Origin: Convolutriloba macropyga
Lineage: Eukaryota
Reading direction: 5' to 3'
DNA length: 64,000 bases
Assembly: GCF_964194025.1 (NCBI RefSeq)
Contig: NC_134472.1
Coordinates: 12,524,001-12,588,000 of the forward strand
The translations under genes were made by a program, and so were the position numbers. Below, piece by piece: positions 40,491 through 50,747 of the stretch; position 1 is the first letter of the stretch, and each line of letters opens with the position of its first letter. The notes below the pieces were generated by a model. That model had not been told where the DNA came from. It was given only the letters and a program-made list of their open reading frames with translations, and ran no database searches.

Positions 40491-40727
40491 ATGAATATTG
40501 ACGCTAACTTCTTGAATATTATAATCAAACTTGGTCATAATACAGGCAAAGTTACTAGTTATAAATTAGATAAGAAAAAGCAATATATGTACATTTTCAT
40601 TAATGTTGATAACATTCCAGGACTAGCTTGTTACATAACACATGCGGAAAACAACCCAAAGTTTAACCAAATTTTAGACGCACTTCGTACCCCAAATAGT
40701 GTTTTTGAGATAGGACCATTTGTTTAA
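40491..40727 (+). CDS. Accessory ORF U4, 78 aa, family A
   Basis: First ATG at 40491 (MNIDANFLN aligns with U3 MDISTKHLN); paralog of U3. Confidence 0.8.
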   Translation: MNIDANFLNIIIKLGHNTGKVTSYKLDKKKQYMYIFINVDNIPGLACYITHAENNPKFNQILDALRTPNSVFEIGPFV

Positions 40728-40885
40728 GCAAATTGTCTGAATATTTTCTAAATTCTATAAAAAATTGTTTGACCTTTTCATAGCTTCAAATTCCTTTGAT
40801 TAGACTTTTATATTGCTTCTTTCGTTTATAGTATCTTTTTCATATAAAAACTTAGTAATAATTCAACAAAAACCCTAAAACAAAA

Positions 40886-42178
40886 ATGGCTAACATCGTA
40901 GCATACCCAGACATTTCTCTTGAAAAATTTACAGGCTTAGACCCAAGTGAGGACGTAGCAGATTTTCTAAGTCTAATAGAGAGAAAAATAGAGTTTTCAT
41001 TAGGAGTTAGACCAGGACCAGGAGATGCACAAAATGCATATGACGCACGTAGAAAAGCATTATTTGGCTCAGTCTTAAGAGGACCAGCAGCCCAATGGTT
41101 CGATTCTTTGCCCGCAGCGGAACCATGGGATGATGTTAGGACAGGTTTCCTAAATAGATTCACAGACGAGAAAGACAAGTACAGAAAACGAATTGAGGTA
41201 GAAAACATTCGTAGACAACCAGATGAATTAATCAAAAGTTACGTACACAGACTAACAAAAGCAGTGGAAAAGGGATGGCCAGACCCATTCACAGATGCTC
41301 AAAGGCAAACTAAGTGTATGGAATTTTTTGTAAGAGGACTAACTCCTCCAGCACTTAAACAAAAAGCGCATCAATATTTGATAGAAACACCCAACGCAAC
41401 ATGGGAACAACTTAGAAATCAAGTTAGCACTAAAGACTTAAGTTTTGCAGTAAGTAGTGATTTCACAGGTACAGCATCTAGCAGCATAGACAACAAAATG
41501 GAGATAGATGGTATAAAAGACCAGCTCCAAGAATTAGCAAGTTTAATGAAAAACAACAGAATTAGCGCAGCCTACAACCCAAACGAGCCTAGAAATAAAC
41601 AAAATTACACACGATTTTGTAAATTTTGCAGAAAGTCAGGTCACACAATAGCGTATTGCTATGCAAACAGAGACTTTAAAGAACAAAACAGACAGCAACC
41701 ACAGCAAAGAGATAAGTTCAGAGATAACTATCAAAGCTATAGAGGACGTCGTCCAAGAGAAGATAGTTATGATAGAAATCAGAACCGATACAGACAAGAC
41801 ACTAGACCACATAACAGTTACTACAACCAAGACAACCGCAGACAATACTCTCCTCATCCTAGACCTGAGAACAATAACTTCAGAAATCGCTCACAAAGCT
41901 TTGAGAATCGAGATCGACGCTATAATAGCAGATCCAACGATCGTAGACCCCAGGATAATAGGAACTATTCCAGGGAACGACAATATGATCGAAACGATTC
42001 CCGAACAAGGTATCGTGAGTCAAGCAGTCCAAGACAGGACTATAGAAGAAGTAACAGTTCTAATCAGAATTCTAGAGATAACAGTAGAGACCGTAACTCA
42101 AACAGAGTTCAATTCAGAGAAAATAAAGTTAATGGATTCTTTGTGGACAATCAACAAGATGAAATTAATTTAAACTAG
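40886..42178 (+). CDS. gag: Gag (capsid + CCHC nucleocapsid + R/D/S-rich tail), 430 aa
   Basis: KFTG...DFL...LRGPAAQWF...W..VRTGFLNRF capsid pattern; CKFCRKSGHTIAYC zinc knuckle. Confidence 0.95.
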   Translation: MANIVAYPDISLEKFTGLDPSEDVADFLSLIERKIEFSLGVRPGPGDAQNAYDARRKALFGSVLRGPAAQWFDSLPAAEPWDDVRTGFLNRFTDEKDKYRKRIEVENIRRQPDELIKSYVHRLTKAVEKGWPDPFTDAQRQTKCMEFFVRGLTPPALKQKAHQYLIETPNATWEQLRNQVSTKDLSFAVSSDFTGTASSSIDNKMEIDGIKDQLQELASLMKNNRISAAYNPNEPRNKQNYTRFCKFCRKSGHTIAYCYANRDFKEQNRQQPQQRDKFRDNYQSYRGRRPREDSYDRNQNRYRQDTRPHNSYYNQDNRRQYSPHPRPENNNFRNRSQSFENRDRRYNSRSNDRRPQDNRNYSRERQYDRNDSRTRYRESSSPRQDYRRSNSSNQNSRDNSRDRNSNRVQFRENKVNGFFVDNQQDEINLN

Positions 42179-42246
42179 ACGAGTCTCCGTACAAAAATAA
42201 AAAAACAAACATTTTTATTAACTTGTACATTCACGCCGTCGGAGAC
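42169..42246 (+). promoter_or_regulatory. -1 programmed ribosomal frameshift signal
   Basis: T TTA AAC heptamer in the gag frame just before the TAG; the pol frame is -1 and opens right after TAA 42166-42168; downstream stem GTCTCCG/CGGAGAC. Confidence 0.85.
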
Positions 42247-45200
42247 AGTAATAAACATAACGGTTTCGAATCGCAGTTTCTAGTTGACACAGGAGCAACG
42301 TGTTCCCTAATAAACTTTGATTTCCTACAAGAACTTAAGTCACTGATTGATGTTAAACTAATTGAGTCAAAACAGAAAACAATTGCAGTCAACGGTGAAC
42401 GATTAAAATTGTTAGGCTACATTCATGTCCCAATCTCATTTGACATTGAAGGCAAATATTACACAGATCTCAAAACATGGGTTTCAGAGAAAAACGGTTG
42501 CGAATTAAACATCCTAGGAATGGACTTTTTGAATTTTGCAACAAAATCAATCGAGTTCACAACTCCAAAAATGAACTTAAAAATTTATCCAAACGTCTCA
42601 ATCACACTCTCAAAATATCAAACAAAAAGTTATCCTTTTGTAAGTAAATTTGAAAAAGTTGTACTTAACAGACCTTTCGAACTAGCACCGAAATCTAGCA
42701 GAGTACTAACAATTACACCATCAAACCAATTTTTCAAACAAGGAACATCATTTATAATTGACAATCGACTCCAGGACAAAGGTATTTACACATACAACGT
42801 CTATTGTGTAAGAAAAGAAAAAGAGTTGCCAATAATGCTAAATAACCCTGGTGATCGTAAAGTAACAATAGATAAAGGTTCAATAGGATACACTTTGGAA
42901 GAAATTTGTAAAAAAACACAAAAGTACACACTGATTGATAACGTCGCGTTCTTAGATGTCTTAACAGAAACTGAAACAGATTTCAATCACATCTTTCATG
43001 TCACTGAAAAAGTCGAAAACCCAATTCAGACTTTAGAAAATCCGAAATTAGACAAAACAGATATTAGACAAAAGTTGAAAAAAGCTCAAAAAAAGGTTCA
43101 AGAAAAAGAATTTGCAGACCACAATGAATTAGAAACAGATTTTAGTCAAGATCTAAAAGACTTAAAACCAAAAGCAACAATAGAAGGTGAAATTCGACCA
43201 CAACAAATACCACCAGAAAAACTGGAAATGTTTAGTAAATCAGACCGTGAGTTTCTCAAAAAATTTGACTTCAGTCAATCTGACATTAATGATGCACAAT
43301 TACTAGATCTCATGAAACTTCTTGCCAGAGACAAGGACGTCTACTCTCAGCACAAGTATGACGTTGGCAAAATAAAGCAAAAATTTCACGTAAAACTTCT
43401 ACCAAATTCAACCTTGACTAAGCAGAGACCATCACGAGTGCCATTGCACCATCAGGAAAAACTTGAAATTTTGCTAGATCAGCTCTGTAAAGCAGGAATA
43501 ATTCGAGAAATGGGAGACGACACCGAAATGGGATCGTCATTTATTAATCCCGTTATCATCCTTCCAAAGGGAAACATAGTGAAACTAGTAATAGACGCTA
43601 GGTATCTAAACTCAATAACAGACCTAAGTAAGTATTCATGGCCTCTAGAGCCAATAGGTTCTTTATTGACTAGACTAAACGGAAACTACTTCATTACAAG
43701 TGATTTATGTTCTGCATATAATCAAGTCCCTCTAACGGAGGAAACACAACAATTGACGAGTTTCGTAATAGGTTCAAAACAATACACGTTTCAACGTGGT
43801 TTTTACGGACTTTGCGGACTACCAAACTTTTTCAGTAGGATAATGACAATCCATTTTGCACCCTTAATAAAATCTAGACAAGCCGTAACTTATATTGATG
43901 ACACAATCATGCAAGCTCAGACAGCTGAAGAGATGTATGCAATCATAAAAAAGTACCATCTTTTGCTACGCAAAGCAGGACTGAAAGCTCAACCTGAGAA
44001 AACAAAATTCTTTTTGCGTAAAGTACAATTCTTAGGACATGTAGTAGGAAAAGACGGAATTCAACCAGTAAAGAAAAGGGTTGAAGATCTCAAAGCCTTA
44101 AAGACACCTGAGAATAAACGAGATGTAATGCGAGTCCTAGGTTGTTTAGGATTTTACAGCATGTACATAAAGAATCTGCATGTAGACAGTAAGCCATTTT
44201 ACGATCTTATAAAAACTGAAACCACTTTTCAATGGACAGATGAACACGAGAAGTTGTTCAAAGAAATTAAGGATCGTATAAGTGAAGATACAGTCTTAGC
44301 AATTCCCGACACCAGATATCCCTTCCATGTTCATGTAGATGCATCATCAATTGGTGTAGGTTCAATCTTAGTCCAAGAATTTCCTACCGGAAAACGGATA
44401 GTTTCATTTAATTCTCGAGTTTACACAAAAGATGAGCAAAAAATGAGTACAACAGCTAGAGAACTTTGTGGCGTAATTTCTGCTCTACAAACGTATGAGC
44501 ATTACATAATAGGTTCTCCACATCCAGTTTATCTCTACACAGACCACAAACCCCTACTGTATCTTTGGGGACGTAGAGGAAAATTATCTCATCGATTTTT
44601 CCGCTATCAACTTGTCATTTCACAATTCCAAAACTTAAAAATAATCTGGACAGAAGGCAAAAACCTAGCCTTTCCAGACATTCTAAGTAGAAACGTCTCG
44701 ATAAAAGACTTAGACAAGTATCAACTGAAACACAAAAAAATTCCGAAAGACATTAAATTCTACAACGAGTCAGGCAACGAAGAAAAATACTTCGTGTTGC
44801 ATGACAATGAAAAGGGACAGAAAAATGATTGCTACCCCATTCTAAAACAAACTTTTCAAGGAGTTAAAAAACTGAATTTTGAAAATGAACAATTTTTTGA
44901 GACAAACTATAAACCCAGTGATCGAATTTGTTCAACTTCGGACATATCAGAATCCTTCTTGAAAGGAAATGCAATAAATCACTATCGCGGAAAATTCCCA
45001 CTAAAAGAGCCAATCCTAAGCGAACAAGACGACAGTGAAAATTACTACTCTGATTTGTCTTTAGAATTTGATGATAATTTGGAAAAGGAAAAAGAGCACT
45101 TTGAAAAATTTTCTACAACAGAAGACGATCCTCTGTTAGATTCTGTTGAATTATCAGATTTAGAAATAGATGACATGAGTCTTGAGAACGAGGTTGAAGC

Positions 45201-47259
45201 AAGCAAATCAAGTTTTGATAGAATAGCAAGTGTTCGACTAGCAAAACCAATTTGTGAAAATAACGAAATTTCAGATGGAAAAGAACTAATCGAGAAATTA
45301 TCTAGTTTTGCTAAAGATATTGACTTGAACATAGCAGCAATCAGCCAGGAGCAATTCAAAGACCCAGTCATTCAGACTGTAAGACAACTTTTTGAATCAG
45401 GAAACAAAGATGAGAAAAATGTAAAATTTCGACAATCAAAAGCCATGAAAACGTACTTGAATAATTTTGAAAATCTTTGCCTAATTGGAAACATTTTATG
45501 TATTAAACAACCAACTGAAGATCCCAATATTCAAAACATCAAAATATGCGCACCATTATCCCTCTTCTTAAAAATTTTTGAATTAGCTCACCAAGATTCG
45601 CTTTCTGGACACTCTGGAAAAGATAAAACATTGTCAAGCATAAAACGCTTTTTCTATTGGCCAGGTTTATATAAATGGGTTTCTCACTTAATAGCGAATT
45701 GTTTAGACTGTCAAAAAAATAAACAAAAACGCAAAGACCTAAATGAAGCACCACTTGAAAAATGGACAGAAACTGTACCTTTCCCCTTCCACACGGTACA
45801 TATAGATCACAAAGGTCCAATAAATCCACCATCGAACGGAAATAAACATTGCCTAGTAGTAATTGATTCCTTTTCTCGTTACATCCAAGTTTACCCAGTT
45901 TCATCAACATCAGCAAGTGAAACAATATCAGCACTTGAGAAATTTTTTCTTACTTTTGGTATACCACAAAAACTTGTGTATGATAAAGGATCAGCCTTTA
46001 TGAACGAGGAGTTCACAAGTTGGACTCATGAACTTGGAATTACGCATGCTCCTAGAACAGCATACTCTCCCTGGACCAACGGAAAAGTTGAGATCCAAAA
46101 CAAACATCTTGGCACACATTTCCGAATCTTTTTTGAACAAGCTAATCGTAATTGGAGTGACTTAGCACCAAAGTTCGCGTTTGCTCATAACACAACAGCA
46201 AACACTAGTACAGGATTAACACCCTACGAAATCGTTTTTGGCCAAAAGCCCCAAATTCCCCTTTCTCTGAAATTAGGATTACTAAGGTCTTCCGACTTAA
46301 CTTGTAATTCAGAATTTTGTAAAGATTTACCACTCCACAAGCATTCAGAACAAAGTAGCAACAACGATCAAATAGATAAACTACTAAAACCAAAACTAAG
46401 TAGTTCATTGCTTGCTCGTGAAAATCAATTCAAACAAATTTACAAAACTGCATACAACAGAAGCCTAGAAGTTAACTCCAAAGCACATCAAAACAGAAAC
46501 AAACATAAACTAGGTAAGCCTTTAGACGTAGGACAACTAGTGTTAATGGAAAACCACTCATTCGAGGACGGAAAATCCAAAAAGTTACATGAACTAAGAT
46601 CAGGACCGTATGAAGTAACAAAAAAATTGACAAATGTAAATTACGAAATAGAACTTGTTTCAAACAAAACTGTCAAAAAAGTTGCCCATAGAAACCATCT
46701 AATTGAGTACTTCCCAATCGAAAACGCAATTTCAGAATTAGTTGTTGACTATGGTTTAAGGAATGAAAACTTCCAACCATTCTACAAAAATTTAATGAAT
46801 AAACAAGTTGAAAAACTTAATAAGCCAATGAATAAATTTTCCTTTCAACAACCCTATACTGAAACTGAATTTTTCCCAGTAGACAATTTCACAAGTAATT
46901 CGGATAACATACAAAATGAAAATAATCATGAAAAAACATTTGAAGATAACAATACCACAATAACAAAACCTGATTCGGGATTTCAAGAAGGTTTTTCAAC
47001 TACGTTTGTAGATAACACACAAACACCTGATAACCGTAGTCGTAGTAGAACTAGAAGTTCTACCCCATATCCCGAAACACGTATTCGTTTTGCAGATCCA
47101 CCTGACATTAGAGTCAGCCCTGTTAGAACCCAAACCCGTGTACAATCACCCGAAGCAAACCCAACTCCCTCGGATGATCAACGTTCATCTCGAATCGATC
47201 GTCGAATTTCGGGACGATTGAAAAAACTTACTGCTCGCTATCAAGCGGGATTTACTTAA
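42175..47259 (+). CDS. pol: Pol: protease, RT, RNase H, integrase with GPY/F module (expressed as Gag-Pol)
   Basis: FLVDTGA (PR); IDARYLN, DLCSAYNQV, YIDD at 43891 (RT); VDAS, REL, TDHKPL (RH); H..GH..C..C, HIDHKGP, YDKGS, NGKVE (IN); GPYEV. Confidence 0.97.
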   Translation, partial: LDESPYKNKKTNIFINLYIHAVGDSNKHNGFESQFLVDTGATCSLINFDFLQELKSLIDVKLIESKQKTIAVNGERLKLLGYIHVPISFDIEGKYYTDLKTWVSEKNGCELNILGMDFLNFATKSIEFTTPKMNLKIYPNVSITLSKYQTKSYPFVSKFEKVVLNRPFELAPKSSRVLTITPSNQFFKQGTSFIIDNRLQDKGIYTYNVYCVRKEKELPIMLNNPGDRKVTIDKGSIGYTLEEICKKTQKYTLIDNVAFLDVLTETETDFNHIFHVTEKVENPIQTLENPKLDKTDIRQKLKKAQKKVQEKEFADHNELETDFSQDLKDLKPKATIEGEIRPQQIPPEKLEMFSKSDREFLKKFDFSQSDINDAQLLDLMKLLARDKDVYSQHKYDVGKIKQKFHVKLLPNSTLTKQRPSRVPLHHQEKLEILLDQLCKAGIIREMGDDTEMGSSFINPVIILPKGNIVKLVIDARYLNSITDLSKYSWPLEPIGSLLTRLNGNYFITSDLCSAYNQVPLTEETQQLTSFVIGSKQYTFQRGFYGLCGLPNFFSRIMTIHFAPLIKSRQAVTYIDDTIMQAQTAEEMYAIIKKYHLLLRKAGLKAQPEKTKFFLRKVQFLGHVVGKDGIQPVKKRVEDLKALKTPENKRDVMRVLGCLGFYSMYIKNLHVDSKPFYDLIKTETTFQWTDEHEKLFKEIKDRISEDTVLAIPDTRYPFHVHVDASSIGVGSILVQEFPTGKRIVSFNSRVYTKDEQKMSTTARELCGVISALQTYEHYIIGSPHPVYLYTDHKPLLYLWGRRGKLSHRFFRYQLVISQFQNLKIIWTEGKNLAFPDILSRNVSIKDLDKYQLKHKKIPKDIKFYNESGNEEKYFVLHDNEKGQKNDCYPILKQTFQGVKKLNFENEQFFETNYKPSDRICSTSDISESFLKGNAINHYRGKFPLKEPILSEQDDSENYYSDLSLEFDDNLEKEKEHFEKFSTTEDDPLLDSVELSDLEIDDMSLENEVEASKSSFDRIASVRLAKPICENNEISDGKELIEKLSSFAKDIDLNIAAISQEQFKDPVIQTVRQLFESGNKDEKNVKFRQSKAMKTYLNNFENLCLIGNILCIKQPTEDPNIQNIKICAPLSLFLKIFELAHQDSLSGHSGKDKTLSSIKRFFYWPGLYKWVSHLIANCLDCQKNKQKRKDLNEAPLEKWTETVPFPFHTVHIDHKGPINPPSNGNKHCLVVIDSFSRYIQVYPVSSTSASETISALEKFFLTFGIPQKLVYDKGSAFMNEEFTSWTHELGITHAPRTAYSPWTNGKVEIQNKHLGTHFRIFFEQANRNWSDLAPKFAFAHNTTANTSTGLTPYEIVFGQKPQIPLSLKLGLLRSSDLTCNSEFCKDLPLHKHSEQSSNNDQIDKLLKPKLSSSLLARENQFKQIYKTAYNRSLEVNSKAHQNRNKHKLGKPLDVGQLVLMENHSFEDGKSKKLHELRSGPYEVTKKLTNVNYEIELVSNKTVKKVAHRNHLIEYFPIENAISELVVDYGLRNENFQPFYKNLMNKQVEKLNKPMNKFSFQQPYTETEFFPVDNFTSNSDNIQNENNHEKTFEDNNTTITKPDSGFQEGFSTTFVDNTQTPDNRSRSRTRSSTPYPETRIRFADPPDIRVSPVRTQTRVQSPEANPTPSDDQRSSRIDRRISGRLKKLTARYQAGFT

Positions 47260-47408
47260 ATCCTATCTTATATATTTACTTTAAAGGTTCAAATTATCGG
47301 AAAATTAACTTCCGAGACCTTTTCTCTTACTTCTTCCAGCCTTATTCTTAGCTTTCTGACACTAAAAAAACCAAAAACTCAGTCAATCACTAATAAAATA
47401 AAGTTATT

Positions 47409-49745
47409 ATGAAAAACAATAACTTCCTTTATAAATATTTAACTGTTTTGTTTGTCTTTACTGTTGTATCTTTTTGTAGACCCTCAGTTAGAAATGAGTT
47501 GGATGACATCTCCCCTACGTTAAAAGTTGTTCATTATGACTGTTCAAAAATGAAAGAAAGCAAAATGTATGCTTTAAATCAAGTAGCTCAATGCAACATT
47601 AAACCGGAAAATATTAAAGTTGCACCTGCAACGGTGACACTGTATCAAAGATCGTACAGAACAAAAGTAGAGGCAGTGATGTGTCGAGTAAAATCGCAAG
47701 CTTTAAGATGGCACTGTGGATTTTTATCGCACTCTTCTTTAGCATATGACCAAATTTCTCTTACAACTGACGTCATAGTAACGCCAGAAGAATGCAGACG
47801 TGCAAACAAAACAGGAAAAATAGCAATAACAGAGTACGATAGAACTTATAAGCTAGACATTTCAAATGAAGTTTTAAAACACCAATACACACACGGTGGT
47901 CTGAATGAGGACGACCACTTAGAAGATAACACAGATTGCTCTGCGTCAGGAGAAGTAAAACTTTATTCCTTTGAAACACAAATGCAAAGAGTTGAACTCG
48001 AAGTTGATCAGGAAACAAAATCAGTTTTTACCCCATTAGGATTAAAACTTCCATGCGAACTCAAGGAAGGAGGTTGTGAAACAACATCACTAGACCCCTT
48101 CGCTTACTCATGGGATGTGCCAGAAAATTGCATCGTTACAAAACTTTTCACTCAAGTTGCAAAAATGATAAAGTTCACAAACGAACCAGATCCACCACAA
48201 TACTACATCATAAGTACGCACGACATGCAAAATGATATTTATCGGTTGCAAAACAACATGAAAATAGACCACACGCGAGACATAAAACTGAGGATAAATA
48301 ATGAAAGAACTTATATTTGTGGAAAGCCTACTCCTTTGTTTACTACAAACTTTGATGATTTATTTGTTTCCTTCACAGGCGGATTTGATATGAATACGGG
48401 AAAAACCGTAATTTCGAAAAATAGTGTTAATTATTACAAAATGCAAGTCGGCACCGACAACAAAATAAGGGTGAACGGTTTTTACGAGACACCTAAAAAC
48501 GAGCTAGTTGGTAGCCAACATTTTGGAAATCATAAAAAAATTCTTGAAAACGTTGGAAAAGACACTATCGATTATGATGCTCATATGCGTATGAAAATTA
48601 ATTTCATGATGTATAAGGTCTATCGTGATTTGGAACAGTCTGACTTCCTTATTTTACAAAATATGTGCGAGCTCAGACGCACTCAAATCCAAATGATCAA
48701 TGCATTGTCTTACGAAAACAATAGATTGGCCGGATACATGTTAACCGGAAATCGTTCAATGTTTTTAGAAATTGAAGGTGTTATAGGTTTTCTATATCCG
48801 TGTCCAAAGAAAATTTCACCGCTTAAAGTACTTGATCGCTGTTACGACCGTATTCCGATCTTTTATGACGGAAAAACAATGTTTGTTAATCCTATTACGC
48901 GCCAAACATTTCCATTTGCAAATGAAATAGACTGTACAGATACTTTCAAAAATTTGTTTCAACTTGATTTAGATAATAATAATTCTTGGTATCAGTTGAT
49001 GCCGGCGCCAGTTCCTTTTAAACCGCCCGCTGTTTTTGCTCCACAACAAATTGGTTATATTCAAAAAATCCCTGATTATGATTCTCGTCGTGCAGGTATC
49101 TACACTGTAAACCAGTTGAAAGATTTTTGGAGAACAATTTTGCATAAATCAGCTTCTAATTCAGTTTTGAAAAAGATTTCTCGAACAGTGCTTCAAAATG
49201 CACACGTAGACAGTAGTCAACGCGATATCTATCGCGCCGCAGGTCTCAATAATCGACTATACTTAGATTCAATGTTGTCACCATCATTTTTCCTTGATCA
49301 CTTTAAGAGTACTTTTGGAGAAATTGGCTATTACATAGAAAGAGCCGGAATTTTATTTGCATGTTTCATGTTGATCAAGTTCTTGATCGATGTCGTAATT
49401 TTTATTTTAAGAGCTTTCGAGATACAAAAACTGTCGAAAAACACTATTGGTTTTTGGAAAACACTACTAGGAGCCTCGTACAATTTGTTTCTACTTTCCA
49501 TTGTCACATCAATTTATCAAACTCCTAAAAATGATGAAAATTCTGATAACAATACAAACAACGAACCAAACAGAAGTCGATACCTAAAGCACACACCAGA
49601 TAATAACATCTATCACGACAACAGTCAAATTGAATTGTCACCACTCACTGCACCTGAAGTAGTATCACCTCCTATTCAAGAAATACCACATCTTTATCCT
49701 AAAGTTCCTACTGAGCAAGAAGTAAATGCAATTGCTCCCCCATAA
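47409..49745 (+). CDS. env: Envelope glycoprotein, chuvirus/Monjiviricetes-like class III fusion protein, 778 aa
   Basis: Signal peptide; Cys pattern HYDC..YALNQV.QC..LYQ..V..CRV..CGFLSHSS..C....TG; C-terminal TM GILFACFMLIKFLIDVVIFIL; Pro-rich tail. Confidence 0.85.
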   Translation: MKNNNFLYKYLTVLFVFTVVSFCRPSVRNELDDISPTLKVVHYDCSKMKESKMYALNQVAQCNIKPENIKVAPATVTLYQRSYRTKVEAVMCRVKSQALRWHCGFLSHSSLAYDQISLTTDVIVTPEECRRANKTGKIAITEYDRTYKLDISNEVLKHQYTHGGLNEDDHLEDNTDCSASGEVKLYSFETQMQRVELEVDQETKSVFTPLGLKLPCELKEGGCETTSLDPFAYSWDVPENCIVTKLFTQVAKMIKFTNEPDPPQYYIISTHDMQNDIYRLQNNMKIDHTRDIKLRINNERTYICGKPTPLFTTNFDDLFVSFTGGFDMNTGKTVISKNSVNYYKMQVGTDNKIRVNGFYETPKNELVGSQHFGNHKKILENVGKDTIDYDAHMRMKINFMMYKVYRDLEQSDFLILQNMCELRRTQIQMINALSYENNRLAGYMLTGNRSMFLEIEGVIGFLYPCPKKISPLKVLDRCYDRIPIFYDGKTMFVNPITRQTFPFANEIDCTDTFKNLFQLDLDNNNSWYQLMPAPVPFKPPAVFAPQQIGYIQKIPDYDSRRAGIYTVNQLKDFWRTILHKSASNSVLKKISRTVLQNAHVDSSQRDIYRAAGLNNRLYLDSMLSPSFFLDHFKSTFGEIGYYIERAGILFACFMLIKFLIDVVIFILRAFEIQKLSKNTIGFWKTLLGASYNLFLLSIVTSIYQTPKNDENSDNNTNNEPNRSRYLKHTPDNNIYHDNSQIELSPLTAPEVVSPPIQEIPHLYPKVPTEQEVNAIAPP

Positions 49746-49839
49746 TTCAGTCATCCAATTTGTCTTTTTATACTTAATTAATCACATTTCACCAACTCTT
49801 ATTAGTTTAAACCTAACTGTTTCAGCATTATGATCTGAG

Positions 49840-50106
49840 ATGCAAAACTTTAATGATCTTTTTGTATCCGAGTACCATAAAGGTTTATTTATTAAGTTTC
49901 ACGAATTTTACGGACATATATATTACTCTTTTACACCCGCTTATGAAAATTTAGTGCATTTAAAAGTTAGCGCACCCAAATTTTCTGACTTAGTAGACAT
50001 ATTAATTTATTCAGACCACGAAAAATTTTATACTCTTAAGGAATTTTTACTTGATTGTGAATATGGTCTACTAGATTTAGGAAGCAACATCCACTTTCTT
50101 TTATAA
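49840..50106 (+). CDS. Accessory ORF D1, 88 aa, possibly a divergent small-domain family member
   Basis: ATG start; SDHEKFYTLKEFL resembles U3 SSNPEFYKTLKAL; TAA-a-ATG junction to D2. Confidence 0.65.
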   Translation: MQNFNDLFVSEYHKGLFIKFHEFYGHIYYSFTPAYENLVHLKVSAPKFSDLVDILIYSDHEKFYTLKEFLLDCEYGLLDLGSNIHFLL

Positions 50107-50107
50107 A

Positions 50108-50305
50108 ATGATGCACCTCGATCTTCAAAAGTCCCTTCGGGAACTAATTATTTTATTTGCTATTTTATACGATTTAACTAATTTTGCTTTATTTCTTAAA
50201 CATTTTAGAGAACCAAACGTATTTTCAGTACACTGCAAACACTTCAAGCTCCATCAGCACGAGAATAACGTATTGGAATGTACTTTTACTACCAAGGCAG
50301 TTTAG
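50108..50305 (+). CDS. Accessory ORF D2, 65 aa, hydrophobic N-half
   Basis: Fills the space between D1 and D3; its ATG is 1 nt after the D1 stop. Confidence 0.5.
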   Translation: MMHLDLQKSLRELIILFAILYDLTNFALFLKHFREPNVFSVHCKHFKLHQHENNVLECTFTTKAV

Positions 50306-50508
50306 TAAGACCTTATCAAATTAATCGATCCTTTACTATCCATTTTCCCTATCAAGTAACTCCCACTCTAGAAGTTTTGTTCGATTTTGTAGACTCTTGG
50401 GACGAAGGTTCAATAAAAATACCAGCTTTTTCCCCTTATTGGAACTTTTTTTTAATGCTTTCAGAGGAAAATTTAGACGAGCTTCCCATTGACATCTCCA
50501 ACTGGTAA
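50278..50508 (+). CDS. Accessory ORF D3, 76 aa, family B
   Basis: M.F....LVR...I.RSFT...P.LE...SP.WNFFL shared with D6; TAATG overlap with D4. Confidence 0.8.
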   Translation: MYFYYQGSLVRPYQINRSFTIHFPYQVTPTLEVLFDFVDSWDEGSIKIPAFSPYWNFFLMLSEENLDELPIDISNW

Positions 50509-50744
50509 TGATTAATATACAGAATAGATCCCTTACCCTTAAATTAAATAACATAAAATATATTATCCTTGGATTATCCACAACCCATAACTCATTTATT
50601 ATTTATATTCGACAACCCCACAGCATTTTAAATCACTATCTAACCTTAAAAATTAGTCACCCCCAAATACTCGAAATAGCCCTATTCCTATCCTTCTTTT
50701 CTAACGCAGAATTAACAATTAAGTATCCTATTCCTTTATTTTAA
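50508..50744 (+). CDS. Accessory ORF D4, 78 aa, possibly small-domain family
   Basis: TAATG start; NSFIIYIR...SHPQI resembles U3 QSLIIYYR...SNPEF. Confidence 0.7.
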   Translation: MINIQNRSLTLKLNNIKYIILGLSTTHNSFIIYIRQPHSILNHYLTLKISHPQILEIALFLSFFSNAELTIKYPIPLF

Positions 50745-50747
50745 GTC

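Noticed and set aside
41661-42173. 170-aa overlapping ORF in the +1 frame of gag
   Set aside because: The I/T/E-rich sequence is the expected frame shadow of the low-complexity R/D/N/S gag tail; there is no independent support.
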